From: a bacterium
GTDB lineage: Bacteria; Zhuqueibacterota; Zhuqueibacteria; Zhuqueibacterales; Zhuqueibacteraceae
Direction: 5' to 3'
Length of the DNA: 64,000 nt
Assembly: GCA_044869275.1 (NCBI GenBank)
Contig: JBIOXB010000048.1
Span: forward strand, 18,441-82,440
In this document: one piece after another, positions 19,836 through 30,221 of the stretch
Layout: each line of letters opens with the position of its first letter
Position numbering within the stretch: position 1 is the stretch's first letter
Program-made: the position numbers and the translations under genes
Notes under the pieces: model-generated
Told to the model about the DNA's origin: nothing
Databases searched by the model: none
Seen by the model: only the letters and a program-made list of their open reading frames with translations

Positions 19836-20756
19836 TTACTTCGGGCTTTGCTTCTCCAGCTCCTGCCCATAAAGATAATACCAATCTTCGTAATTGTTGA
19901 GCATATCGCGCAAGGCGTTGACCGTGGCGGGGCTGAAAGTCTTTTCGACTTTCTCCCATTTGTCGGAGAACAGGTGAGCATTTTCCGCGCGGAGATATTG
20001 CACGAATTCCAGGAACACCAGGGCAGGATTGGCCGGGCGCAGTTTGAACAGCTCGTAAAGGCTCGGGCTGGCGTCTTTATAGATCTTCTCAAATTCGCCC
20101 AGCGCCAAAAGATGCGCGGAACGGAGTTCCCGCTTGCGCACAGCCCAGGCCCGCGACTGCAGCAGGGCGTCGACCAATTGCCGCTGGCTTGGCGTCAATT
20201 GCCGGCGCTGCAAATCTCCGCTGCTCACTTCGTACAACAGCTGGCCGGCAAGGCCGCTTTCCGCAAGCAGGTCGGCGATTTCATTATAATTCAAGGCCGG
20301 GGAGGAATTGTCACGCGGCATTTCTGGCATGCGCAAGCCCACGCCTCCGCGCGCACGCAGGGTGTCGCGCGAGACGACGGACTGCAAACGCAACCCGGGG
20401 CCATATTCCCGCGGTGGAGGTGAAGGAGGGGGAGTGGTACGCATTGGCTCGGTTGTGGTCTTCGGTTCTGGGGTTTCTCCTTTCCAATATTCCACAAATT
20501 CTTGCGGTGCGAACAAGCGACCGTCTGCCATACGCACGCGCGCGAGTTGGGCGAGCGCCATCATTTCACCGTGTTCATAAGCCTGGCGCGCCGAGGCCGC
20601 GCGAAAATAAATCTCGCCCTTCCAAACGTCATAGACCGTGGCTTTGATTTCTTCGCCGTCTTTAAGGAACAAAGTCACAGCCTCTTCCTGCGCCGAGGCC
20701 GGACGAGTGAGGATCACACCAAGCGCAATGAGAATTCGATACAAAGGGCGGGACAT
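19836..20756 (-). CDS. Secreted hypothetical protein
   Basis: Signal peptide from ATG 20756 (MSRPLYRILIALGVILTRPASA), Pro-rich linker, helical C-terminus. Confidence 0.65.
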   Translation of the reverse strand: MSRPLYRILIALGVILTRPASAQEEAVTLFLKDGEEIKATVYDVWKGEIYFRAASARQAYEHGEMMALAQLARVRMADGRLFAPQEFVEYWKGETPEPKTTTEPMRTTPPPSPPPREYGPGLRLQSVVSRDTLRARGGVGLRMPEMPRDNSSPALNYNEIADLLAESGLAGQLLYEVSSGDLQRRQLTPSQRQLVDALLQSRAWAVRKRELRSAHLLALGEFEKIYKDASPSLYELFKLRPANPALVFLEFVQYLRAENAHLFSDKWEKVEKTFSPATVNALRDMLNNYEDWYYLYGQELEKQSPK

Positions 20757-20900
20757 AGTGATGCGGTTGAGTCTAACAGCTTTCGCATTTTTGTGGTTCG
20801 TTGTCAAGGCAACCGTCGCAATCAGGAGGAATCCTTTTGGACTCGAGCAGTGGTTATTCCGAAAAAGACTCCTCCTGCTGGGACGGGCGACCACCAGAGA

Positions 20901-22283
20901 TCAGAACCGGAATGCGATGGTCGCGAGAGCTTTATTGATCCGGATTTTTTCGGAAACGGGAATGACATCGATGTCATTGCCCTGGCCGTCGCCGTAATCA
21001 TACAGCGGCGCCTTGTATTCCTGCCATTCGCCCGTCATCACTGCCAGATCGAGCCGCACTTGTTTGTCCAGGAAAATGCCAAGGCCGGCGGTGAAGAACT
21101 CGTGATTGGCGTCTTGCGGCACCTCGCTGATATTGTAAAACTCTTGAAACGCTGCTTTGCTCAAAATGGTGGGATCGTAATAGTAGCCGCCGCGCACTTG
21201 CCAGTCGATGAGCGGAATCGTGAACTCCGCACCGAGATGCAGGCGCAGGGTCTCGCGATACTGCCGCCGGATGCGATCGTTGGCCTCACTTTCCGAAAGG
21301 CCTTCGATGGGGGGCTCGGTTTTGTAACGCACGTCCGACCAATCATTGTATTCCACAGCGCCGGCCAAGAGCAAGCCGGCGAGGTTGACAGAAGCGCCCG
21401 CGCCCAGGGCAATAGGTGAGCTGATTTTATACTCGTAACGGCCACCCTCTTCATACGTGCCCTGCGCGCCGTCATCGTCATTGGTTTCTTCGTACGTGCG
21501 CCATTGTTCTTTGACCGTCAGCGTGGTGGGGGTGGCGAGCGTGACGCCCAAGCGCAACAGCGAAGAAGGATGATACATCGCCGCCAGCTTCACATTGTAG
21601 CCGGAATAATCCGATTGAATGGTGTCGTCCGAGCGGAAATCATTGAAGGTGTAAATATTGAATTGATCCTTTTCGATGAAGCTGTATTGATACTCGTTTT
21701 TTCCGGTCCAAATGTTCAGCGCGCCGCCAACGGAAAAGCTCGGGGCAATTTCACTCGCGACTGCAACCGTCCAGTTGTTCAAGGCACCTTCTTCCACTTC
21801 GCTCCAGCGCTGGCTCACGGAGTCGCCCGGGCTGCTGTTGAACCAAGAAAACCCGAAATTGCTGTCATAGGGGTGGACGCGATTATAGCCCAAGGACAAG
21901 ACCAGGCTGCCGCGATACGTGGGAATTGGATACGCGAGGCCAACGCTGTTGAAGCGGGTATAAGTGTCTTTGTCGGTGAGCGCTGCCGCGGAGGCGGTGA
22001 CCTCGTCGTTGAATTGTGTGTAGCTCAATGAGCCAAAGCCTTCGATACGACGTATTTGAGTGAGCGCGGCGGGATTCCAATACGTAGCACTATAATCGTC
22101 GCTCACACCGATATACGCGCCGCCCATGCCGAGCGCGCGCGCGCCCACTCCGAATTCAATCCCACGCTGAAAAACTTCCTCTTGTGCTTGTGCAGCGGCG
22201 GCGGACAGTATGAACCCGAGAACGGCGGCCGAAAGGCCTTTGCGCGCGGCGGCTCCGCGATGCTTTGTCATGATCCTCTCCAA
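20901..22283 (-). CDS. OMPP1/FadL/TodX-family outer membrane protein
   Basis: GARALGMGGA..VSDDYSATYWNPAAL; C-terminal Phe. Confidence 0.85.
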   Translation of the reverse strand: MERIMTKHRGAAARKGLSAAVLGFILSAAAAQAQEEVFQRGIEFGVGARALGMGGAYIGVSDDYSATYWNPAALTQIRRIEGFGSLSYTQFNDEVTASAAALTDKDTYTRFNSVGLAYPIPTYRGSLVLSLGYNRVHPYDSNFGFSWFNSSPGDSVSQRWSEVEEGALNNWTVAVASEIAPSFSVGGALNIWTGKNEYQYSFIEKDQFNIYTFNDFRSDDTIQSDYSGYNVKLAAMYHPSSLLRLGVTLATPTTLTVKEQWRTYEETNDDDGAQGTYEEGGRYEYKISSPIALGAGASVNLAGLLLAGAVEYNDWSDVRYKTEPPIEGLSESEANDRIRRQYRETLRLHLGAEFTIPLIDWQVRGGYYYDPTILSKAAFQEFYNISEVPQDANHEFFTAGLGIFLDKQVRLDLAVMTGEWQEYKAPLYDYGDGQGNDIDVIPVSEKIRINKALATIAFRF

Positions 22284-22389
22284 ATCCTTTAAACGGCTTT
22301 AAAATCGTTTACCAAATTCTCCCAAATATATTCTGAATTCCGAAATCTCGAAGCTCCGGGACTTCAGAATGACGGAAATTTCTTGACTT

Positions 22390-23442
22390 TCAACTCTTGG
22401 AACGTCGCGACGAGCCGCTACTGCTCGAGCCCGAGGAAGAGCCGCGCGTCGAGGAGGAGCTTCCCGAAGAAGAAGTTGAGCCGGAGCTGCCGGAGTATCC
22501 GTGCCCGGAGGAAGAATTGCCATTCGATGAACCGCGGCGCGAAGTGCCACTGTCGCGCGCCGGCTGTGATACTTTCTCAGTTGGCCGTGAGCGCCTTTCG
22601 ACCGCGCCCCGGCCCGAGTTCTTTTCCCGCGTACCCCGCGCCGGTGCTTTTTCCACCTCGGGAGTGCGCGCTGGTTTGGCAACCGCGCCGGTGCCTATGG
22701 TTGGCGTGCTGATCGTTCCTCCGGTCTCCGGCACCGGTTCCTGGCGTGTCACGCGCCGGCGATCAGTAGCATGATCATCTGTCCCACTGCCACCGGTCGT
22801 TGCCACCGGCTCCGCAACTCTCCGTCGTTCGCGGCGATAACTGCCGTCTTCACCGCGTACATAAATTGATTCCGCCGGACGGCTCAAACTGCCGCGCTTG
22901 GCGATGGCGCCATTGCTCGGTGTGCCTCCATTCCGCTCACGATTGGTTGAGCGACGGGAGAACGGACGTTTCTCAGGTGTATAACCGCCGCCGCCGTGAG
23001 GATAAGGGTCATAAACTGGATAGTAAACATAACCTGGCCGGCCCCACGGCGAATACCAATAGCTTGGCCCACATCCCCCCCACCAAGGATCCCAACCCGA
23101 ACCACACCAGCCCGGTCCCGAGAAGGGGTCATACCAATAGGGGTCATAATAATGATAGCCGATGCCGACATACAAGCCGGTGGGAGGATAGCGATACCAC
23201 CACGCATCCCATGGGTCATACCAAGGGCGTCCATAGTAATAGTCGCTGTAGTCATAGGGGTAGGTGACTCGGCGGACATCATCAGTGCGCTGATCCTGCA
23301 CTTCTTCAACCGGCTCCGTGGTTTCGGAGTATTCCGGCTCACCTTCGCCACGATCCGGGCGCGCTACTTGCGTATAACAGCCATTCACCACCAACATGGT
23401 GATAACTGCCGTTACAGCCAGCACTGTTGAGCTTAATTTCAT
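22390..23442 (-). CDS. Lipoprotein with a Tyr/Trp/Pro/Gly-rich core and a Ser/Arg-rich tail
   Basis: Lipobox VVNGC; YYDPYWYDPF-type low complexity; poly-Ser tail; upstream of the FadL-like gene. Confidence 0.75.
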   Translation of the reverse strand: MKLSSTVLAVTAVITMLVVNGCYTQVARPDRGEGEPEYSETTEPVEEVQDQRTDDVRRVTYPYDYSDYYYGRPWYDPWDAWWYRYPPTGLYVGIGYHYYDPYWYDPFSGPGWCGSGWDPWWGGCGPSYWYSPWGRPGYVYYPVYDPYPHGGGGYTPEKRPFSRRSTNRERNGGTPSNGAIAKRGSLSRPAESIYVRGEDGSYRRERRRVAEPVATTGGSGTDDHATDRRRVTRQEPVPETGGTISTPTIGTGAVAKPARTPEVEKAPARGTREKNSGRGAVERRSRPTEKVSQPARDSGTSRRGSSNGNSSSGHGYSGSSGSTSSSGSSSSTRGSSSGSSSSGSSRRSKS

Positions 23443-23554
23443 GGCAACGAGCCTCCTTTTCAAATCTCAGGCGTTCGTTGAAAGTGGTTTCGTCCAATCT
23501 CAGCCAATTTGTTTAATCGCTTTGGGATGAATTGTGTTCCCAACTTTTTTTAAA

Positions 23555-23570
23555 TACAAGCATTATGCCA
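23555..23570 (-). promoter_or_regulatory. Sigma54-like promoter
   Basis: TGGCATAATGCTTGTA; inverted repeat CGTGTTA-AAA-TGACACG about 110 bp upstream. Confidence 0.5.
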
Positions 23571-23728
23571 TGGCAGCAACTGGAGAAATCACAAAAATGA
23601 ATGGAAGTGAGTCGCCATAAACTGTTTATTTGAGATAGGGGATCTTCACCTCATGACGACTCGTGTAGTTTCGCGTGTTAAAATGACACGTGCTTGTAAA
23701 AATCATGAACAATGAGGCCAATCCAGTT

Positions 23729-24150
23729 TCATTTCTTCACCCATTCTGGCAGTTTCTTCAGCATTTTTCTTAACGCCGGCTCGGAGACGGTAGCCATGGC
23801 CTCCTGCAATGACAGCCATTGCCGCGTGCGAAAATCAGCATCTTCCCAAACTTTGAAAACTTTAGTCACGCGCAGCAGATAAACTTGTACCTGGCACTTG
23901 CCGTCCCACTTCTCATACGAGTATTGACCGATTTTGCGTTCATCCACGATGCCGCTGACGCCCGCTTCTTCCAATGCTTCCTTGGCGGCCGATTCCGCCG
24001 GCGAAAGATCGTGCTCGATCACCCCTTTGGGAACGATCCAGCGGCCTTTGCGTGTGGTGATCAACAGGATTTCTACCTTGCCCTTGTGCGCGCGGTAAGG
24101 AATGACGGCGGATTGCCGATAGAGCCCGTCAGAATAGCTTGATTCCGTCA
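23729..24150 (-). CDS. NUDIX hydrolase (diadenosine/polyphosphate type)
   Basis: QSAVIPY, WIVPKG, AAKEALEEAGV. Confidence 0.88.
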
Positions 24151-24346
24151 TGTTGCTAGTCAAGTTGGTCGAATCAGCTCTCATGCCACCTCGCCACGCC
24201 AAGTCTTAGGGAACTTCCACTGTTTTGGAAAGCAAATTATGATTATTTTGGGAAAAGTCAAGCTACACTTTCTGCGGCGATGATTGGTTCTTTTGATCGC
24301 GGAATCAGTTTTGGATTTGGCGCCTCGCTTTCGAAAATTTGGCAGA

Positions 24347-25021
24347 ATGAAAAGTCTCGTAAAACCCGGCATAAGCTCGCGCGTGGCTACGTCACAAACG
24401 GACATACATCCGAAACTGCGAAGATTGCATGCGCAATATCAGCAAGCCGCTTTCAATAAACCGGCCTCCGAACACACGCGCCGCGCGTTTGCGCGCGCGG
24501 AAGAACTCGCGCGCACTCAGGGCAGGCCGCTGATTTTGGATTCCGGCTGTGGCGTGGGCGAAAGCACGGTAGCACTGGCAAAGGCGTTTCCCGATCATTT
24601 GGTGTTGGGCATTGACAAATCCGTCGCACGGTTGAACAAGCATCATGCCTATCGCGATCTACAGATTCAGAATTATGCCCTCCTGCGCGCGGATTTGGTG
24701 GACTTTTGGCGGCTGGCCGCCGCACACCAATGGCAGGTCGAGCGGCACTATATTTTGTATCCCAATCCCTGGCCCAAGAAAGAAGCGGTCAAGAAAAGAT
24801 GGCATGGCCATCCGGTGTTTGCCGATCTGCTCAAGCTGGGAAAGTATCTCGAGCTGCGCAGCAATTGGAGGATCTATGTGGAAGAATTCGCCTACGCGGT
24901 TTTTCTGTGCACCGGCAGAAAATTCGAAGTGACGTCCTATGCGCCCGCGCCGCCGATCACGCCGTTCGAGCGGAAATACCTGGCGAGCCAGCAAGAGTTC
25001 TATCGCTTGGTGATGAGTTAG
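24347..25021 (+). CDS. TrmB-like SAM-dependent methyltransferase
   Basis: LDSGCGVG, YPNPWPK, RWHGHP, TPFERKY. Confidence 0.8.
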   Translation: MKSLVKPGISSRVATSQTDIHPKLRRLHAQYQQAAFNKPASEHTRRAFARAEELARTQGRPLILDSGCGVGESTVALAKAFPDHLVLGIDKSVARLNKHHAYRDLQIQNYALLRADLVDFWRLAAAHQWQVERHYILYPNPWPKKEAVKKRWHGHPVFADLLKLGKYLELRSNWRIYVEEFAYAVFLCTGRKFEVTSYAPAPPITPFERKYLASQQEFYRLVMS

Positions 25022-25026
25022 CCGGG

Positions 25027-26970
25027 CTATTGTAATAAAACCAGTTTCTTGACCGCGGCAAACCGTTCCGTTTGCAGGCGGTAAAAATAAATCCCGCGCG
25101 CCACGGGCCGGCCCGCGCGATCCAAGCCGTTCCATTTCACCACCCGTTCTCCCGGCGGCAACAAGCCTTCCTGTAAACGAATGATTTCCTGGCCGAGCGT
25201 GTTGTAGATTGCCAATTGCACGGTCGCCGCTCCGGGCAGAACATACGCAATGCTGGTTTCGTGCAGCATGGGGTTGGGATGGTTCTGCCGCAATTCGAAC
25301 GCGACCGGCAGACTTCCGTCCACTTTTTCTTGCACAGCAACCATGCCGCTCGTGACCGGCAAAACCAGGTGTGACGGTTGCGCGGCGTCGAGATAAATTT
25401 TGTTGGTGGCCACGACGGTATCCTGCCCCACGCGGAAAGGGTTGCCGCTGTTGGGATTGGGATCGAAACGCGGGTCATTGCTGCTGCTGACCGCCACGCG
25501 CAGGCGATGCCCGCGATTGAACAGCATTGCCGTTGACCACAAATCAATCTCGCATTCATAAATCGAACCCGGCGAGAGCAAATCTTCACGCGAGGTGGAA
25601 AGGCGATGCCGCGCGCGCACCGCGCCGTCGGCGACCAGCATCGACCGGCCGTCGGGATACACGTCCGTCAGCTTCGCCATGAAATCCGTGTCTCGCGCCG
25701 AGGACGAGAACCAAAGTTTTACCTTGAGCGCGCCAACCACTTCCAGCGGCTCGGCCAAAACCGGTGAGGTGAAAACCAACACGTCGGCCCGCGCTTCGGT
25801 TGCGCGTTGATCGAAAGGCCCGGCAGGCATTGAAAGGTTCTTGCCGCCCACAGTGGGCACGGTTTGGCGCGGATCATAAACATAACTTGCAAAAGAGGAA
25901 GCTGCCGCCGGCCGGCTGGGTTGCAGCCCGCCACCGGCGTGAAAATAAAACGGAGTGGCTTGCGCTGCCGGCGGCCAGTCTTCCGCCGTGCGCCAGTCGT
26001 TTCCCGGCGCGCCTTCTTCAATCGCGCCCATGAGGTAATATTTCACCGCCGGTTCGGACATGACGCCGTTGTCCTTGCCGAGCAGCCAGTAATCAAGCCA
26101 GCGGAAGACTTCTTCCAGATCGTTGAGCTTGGAATTTGCCGGATAATCCAGCTCGCCCTGCCGGGTCTCACGCCACCCGCCATGCGTCCAGGGGCCGATC
26201 ACCAATTTTTGTCTGCCGCGCGCTACCTCGCCACCGAGATGTTGCGCGCCGGTGAAGGCTTCGATCGTGCCCTGCAAAAAGATGTCATACCAGCCGCCCC
26301 AATGATACATGGGCACATTCACCACGGGCCAGCGCGTTTTCAAATCAAGGCGCTGCCAGATGGCATCATAGCGCGGACGCCCCACCACGAACGGCAGCAA
26401 GTGTGGGTTGTCTTGCGAGATTAACCACTTTTCCACCAAGTTTTTCAAAAACACGCCGCCGGGATAAGCCGCTTGCGCATACATATCAGTCGCGCCGACG
26501 GCCACGAATTGGCACACGAGATGGGGCGGTGCGCTGCCGGCGAGCATATACTGCGTAATACCCAGGGCCGACGCGCCGAAAGTGCCTACCTTGCCATTGC
26601 TCCAGCTTTGCGCTGCGACCCACTCCACCGTGTCGTAGCCGTCCTGCTTCGCTCCCCAGCCGTCGTCCAGAAAAAGGCTGTCGATGCCTTCAGAAGCGAA
26701 ACGGCCGCGCGTATCCTGCGTCACCACGGCATAACCCAGGAGGGTCAGAAAGCCGAATATCGCTTCCTCGTCCGGATCGACGTTTTTGCCGTAGGGCGAG
26801 CGAATCAGGATCGTGGGCCATTTCCCGGGAGTTTCGGAGAGATAAACGTCCGTGGCCAGGCGAATACCGTCGCGCATGGTCACCATGAGAGTGGTTTTGA
26901 TGTAGGCGGGCAGCGGCGCAGCAAGGAGGCACAGCCAGCAGATGCTGTAGTGAATGATCTTCATTTTCAC
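25027..26970 (-). CDS. CocE/NonD-family hydrolase with C-terminal FlgD-Ig/T9SS-type sorting domain
   Basis: MRDGIRLATDVY, QDTRGRFASEG, GASALG, GPWTH; C-terminal QNHPNP...IYNTLGQ...GIYFYRL...KKLVLL. Confidence 0.9.
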   Translation of the reverse strand: MKMKIIHYSICWLCLLAAPLPAYIKTTLMVTMRDGIRLATDVYLSETPGKWPTILIRSPYGKNVDPDEEAIFGFLTLLGYAVVTQDTRGRFASEGIDSLFLDDGWGAKQDGYDTVEWVAAQSWSNGKVGTFGASALGITQYMLAGSAPPHLVCQFVAVGATDMYAQAAYPGGVFLKNLVEKWLISQDNPHLLPFVVGRPRYDAIWQRLDLKTRWPVVNVPMYHWGGWYDIFLQGTIEAFTGAQHLGGEVARGRQKLVIGPWTHGGWRETRQGELDYPANSKLNDLEEVFRWLDYWLLGKDNGVMSEPAVKYYLMGAIEEGAPGNDWRTAEDWPPAAQATPFYFHAGGGLQPSRPAAASSFASYVYDPRQTVPTVGGKNLSMPAGPFDQRATEARADVLVFTSPVLAEPLEVVGALKVKLWFSSSARDTDFMAKLTDVYPDGRSMLVADGAVRARHRLSTSREDLLSPGSIYECEIDLWSTAMLFNRGHRLRVAVSSSNDPRFDPNPNSGNPFRVGQDTVVATNKIYLDAAQPSHLVLPVTSGMVAVQEKVDGSLPVAFELRQNHPNPMLHETSIAYVLPGAATVQLAIYNTLGQEIIRLQEGLLPPGERVVKWNGLDRAGRPVARGIYFYRLQTERFAAVKKLVLLQ

Positions 26971-27255
26971 TTTCCATATACTTGATGAAATTCCAAGCGA
27001 GCAGTCTTCCTGCTGTGAGCATGAAGAAAATTCCCCTTCGAAGTCAATCTGTGTCAGAGAACAGCCCGGGGTGCGAACTGGTTAAACGATGGGCAGCGCC
27101 TCCTTTTGCTTAGCAAAATTCTTCGTGAATTGCAAGCAGAAGCTGAAATTGTCCGTCCGGCGCTGGCATTGCTGCCAGGCGATGGGGAGTCCAGTGGGCA
27201 GAAGGAAAAATTGGAAAATCTGAGCAGTTACTTGCAGCGTGAACGGAGGAGGCCG

Positions 27256-28467
27256 TTACTTTCCAAAGAAAATCGAAAAATCCACCCACGGCACGAATGG
27301 AAAACCGTTATTACCCCAGAATTCGTCCGAGCTGACCAGGGCCACGTCAACGGCCAATTTTTCGCCGAAGAAACGCACACCGCCCGAAAACATGAATATG
27401 TTGTTTTCATTAGTGAAAAGCCAGTTTTCGGTCAACACCTTCGCGCCGCTGGAGACCTGCACTTCACCGCCCAACAGCAGCACGGGGTGGGTATCCTCGT
27501 TGGCAACGAAAGGCATGCCCACGCCCAGCGTCACGCTGCCGCGGCTCGATCCGAATGTGCCGACACCATAGCCCAGGGCGGCATCCTCTCCGCCTTCAGG
27601 AATGGCCATGTACAAAAGCCCGGTGGAGAATGCAGCGTGAGAAGAAATCGGAAAGGAAAGTTTCGGGCCGAAGTAAGCGAGCTGCGAGGAAGCTCCGGGC
27701 ACCAGCGATATGCCGCCGCTTATGGCGATATTGTCGGTAATGCCCACCGCCAAAGTTGGAAAGAAGAGAAAATAATCGGCAAAATAAGCCTGGCCGGCTT
27801 TGAGGCCGCGCCCGGTGGGCGCCAGCAGCAAACGTGTGCTGTTGGGGTCCTGGAGATAGTATTCGCCGGCGACAATCTCGCCGGACAAGTCTTCGATGAG
27901 GTCGATTTGAGCGTCCGGCAGCGTGACTTGAACGCCGCCGGGCGTTTGCACGAATAAGGTATCGGTTTGTGCGCGCAGCAAAGCTGCATGAATGGCGCTG
28001 CCATCGCGCAAAGCGATTTTTTTGAGCCTGCCGCGTTCCTTCCAGAAGTGATCGGCAATGGGATAGACCGCGACCGCAGGCGTCCCTGCGTTGCGTGCTG
28101 AGGCTTGAACGCGGGCATCGATTCTCGCCAAGAATTGACGCTTACTCTCCGGCGTGAGTGCAATCCTTGCCCATTGCGCCCCGGCGGAATCATTGCGCAA
28201 AACGTGCAGAACAAAATTTCGTTCGCCATTCTGCGCGCGACCGGCATATAACCGCGCCGCGCTGAATCCACGGACCGCGCCAAAGAGATTGTAGCGCGCG
28301 TTTTCCTGCGCCTCCACCACCTCGCCCAACTCCGTGTGAAAAGACTGCACGTGCTCCTTCGAGTCCTGGGCAAATACCCCGCTCGCCGCCATTCCCAATG
28401 CCAGGATGGCGATCCCGGCGCGGATCGATCGTGTGTTCATGTTGAGATTCTCCTCGGTTTTGCGCAT
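27256..28467 (-). CDS. Secreted/outer-membrane hypothetical protein
   Basis: Signal peptide; C-terminal beta-strand-rich region (PNSTRLLLAPTGRGLKAG...PWVDFSIFFGK). Confidence 0.65.
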   Translation of the reverse strand: MRKTEENLNMNTRSIRAGIAILALGMAASGVFAQDSKEHVQSFHTELGEVVEAQENARYNLFGAVRGFSAARLYAGRAQNGERNFVLHVLRNDSAGAQWARIALTPESKRQFLARIDARVQASARNAGTPAVAVYPIADHFWKERGRLKKIALRDGSAIHAALLRAQTDTLFVQTPGGVQVTLPDAQIDLIEDLSGEIVAGEYYLQDPNSTRLLLAPTGRGLKAGQAYFADYFLFFPTLAVGITDNIAISGGISLVPGASSQLAYFGPKLSFPISSHAAFSTGLLYMAIPEGGEDAALGYGVGTFGSSRGSVTLGVGMPFVANEDTHPVLLLGGEVQVSSGAKVLTENWLFTNENNIFMFSGGVRFFGEKLAVDVALVSSDEFWGNNGFPFVPWVDFSIFFGK

Positions 28468-28604
28468 TGCTTTTTCCACCTCACGTATCATGGCGGAAGG
28501 AATTCATGAAACCCGTCTGGTTACTTATGGTATTGGACCACACCAGAAAGTCCATCAACGGGAGTGCCAAAACCATGGCCAGAAGGCGGAAAAGGGCGAA
28601 AGGC

Positions 28605-30221
28605 TCAAATTCCAAACCGGCGTGTAAAGGCATTGGAGAAAATTGCCTCCGGGTCCAATTGCCGCTTTGTTTCCAAAATGTCATTCCAACGCTCATATTG
28701 CGTCTTGAGGTATTCTTCGCGTAGCCACATGCTCTTTCCCCAGTGGGCGCGGCAGTGATGGTTCATCACCAGATTGGAAATCTGCTCCAGCAGGCGCGCG
28801 TTGTTCTGCATAAAAAAAGCCAGCCAAAGTGAATCACGCTTGTAGCAGGGGCTCAATAAGAAGTCTTCCTTTCCTCCGCATCGTACGCCCACCGGCAGCG
28901 AAGGAAAAGCCCTGTGCGCTTGAAATAACTTGTCCAATTCCAGCAGCAGGCAGGCGGCGTTTGCCAGGGGCACGGCAATCTCGACTTCCAACGGCCGTTT
29001 GAGATTATCTTTAAGATACCCGCTGACCCGCCCATCTTCTCCAATGGGAGCCAGGATCTCATCCCAGTCGCCCACGATGGATTCCTGGAACAACTTTTCC
29101 GGGAACAGGCCGGGAAGCGGGAGCCTGTTGCACATCATGCAGATCGAGTCATTCTTCAAGTTGAAGCGCTGCTCGCGTTTTCCTCCAGTTTTGTTTGCTT
29201 CCGTCGGCTGCGCCTTGTACAAAAGGACATTGCCGGCCGAGGGAATCCAGATGGCACTGAGATACCGCCACCGCCGGTTGACCTCATCCAGTGAATGAAT
29301 GAACTTCGCCAGCGAGACAATCTCCTTTTCCAGATGTAACCGGAAGTGAGGCACGCAGCGCAGCGTGACTTCGGAGATGATACCGAATATCCCAAAGGAG
29401 ATTCCGACATAATCAAAGAGCTCGTCCTCCCTATGAATCAGCCTGAGGGTGCCGTCGGCGAGCACAAGCTTCATCGCGTGCAGCGAGCTGGACATCGATC
29501 CATAATGCACCGAGCCGCCATGCGTGCCGGTTGAAACTGCCCCTGCCACTGTCACGCCCGCCCATTCTCCCAAGCTGGGCAGCGCCAGCCCGTTTGCTTT
29601 CAGAATCTGGAACAATTGGCTGAGCTTCATGCCGGCTTGAACCGTGACCAGATCACCGTCGATGGAGATGAGCTCATTAAGCGCGCCGAGGTCGAGCGAA
29701 ATTCCGGCCGTATGAAAATTTTTGTTCTTCGACCCCATGCCGCCTCGCGGCCTGATCGGAATGTTTTGCGCTAACTCGGAAAAGTACTTTGTACGGCTGT
29801 AATGGTTGAGCTGATCTATATTCTGTGGAACGCTCTCTTCGGTGTAGACGTTGTCCGGCGTGCACGTCGCCGCATAAACTGAAATCGAACTCACGTGCAC
29901 GAACAACCCGCATCTCGCTGCCGCGGCGTGTTGCGCCAGCCGCTTCGTGCCCAACACGTTGACGGCGTAGCTGCGCTCGTAATCGTGCTTGGCCATCGTG
30001 GCGGCACAGCGCAAAACGGCATCCGCGCCCTGCACCAGCTCAGCAAGTGCAGCGTCATCTGCAAGACCACCGAGTGAGACCTCGCAGCCCTGGCTCCTCC
30101 AATGACGGCTGATTTCGGATGCGCTGCGAAATAGAGCCTTCGTGCGGTATTTGCCTTGCAGTTCCTGGAGCAAAGCCTGGCCCAGACATCCACTCGCTCC
30201 GGTCACGCAAATGGTTTTCAT
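28605..30221 (-). CDS. Chimeric NAD-dependent epimerase N-terminus fused to an ALO-like FAD-linked oxidase
   Basis: TGASGCLG, SSISVY, YSRTK, then directly IRPRGGMGS, VQAGMKL, GAVSTGTHG, RAHWGK, LDPEAIFSN. Confidence 0.7.
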   Translation of the reverse strand: MKTICVTGASGCLGQALLQELQGKYRTKALFRSASEISRHWRSQGCEVSLGGLADDAALAELVQGADAVLRCAATMAKHDYERSYAVNVLGTKRLAQHAAAARCGLFVHVSSISVYAATCTPDNVYTEESVPQNIDQLNHYSRTKYFSELAQNIPIRPRGGMGSKNKNFHTAGISLDLGALNELISIDGDLVTVQAGMKLSQLFQILKANGLALPSLGEWAGVTVAGAVSTGTHGGSVHYGSMSSSLHAMKLVLADGTLRLIHREDELFDYVGISFGIFGIISEVTLRCVPHFRLHLEKEIVSLAKFIHSLDEVNRRWRYLSAIWIPSAGNVLLYKAQPTEANKTGGKREQRFNLKNDSICMMCNRLPLPGLFPEKLFQESIVGDWDEILAPIGEDGRVSGYLKDNLKRPLEVEIAVPLANAACLLLELDKLFQAHRAFPSLPVGVRCGGKEDFLLSPCYKRDSLWLAFFMQNNARLLEQISNLVMNHHCRAHWGKSMWLREEYLKTQYERWNDILETKRQLDPEAIFSNAFTRRFGI

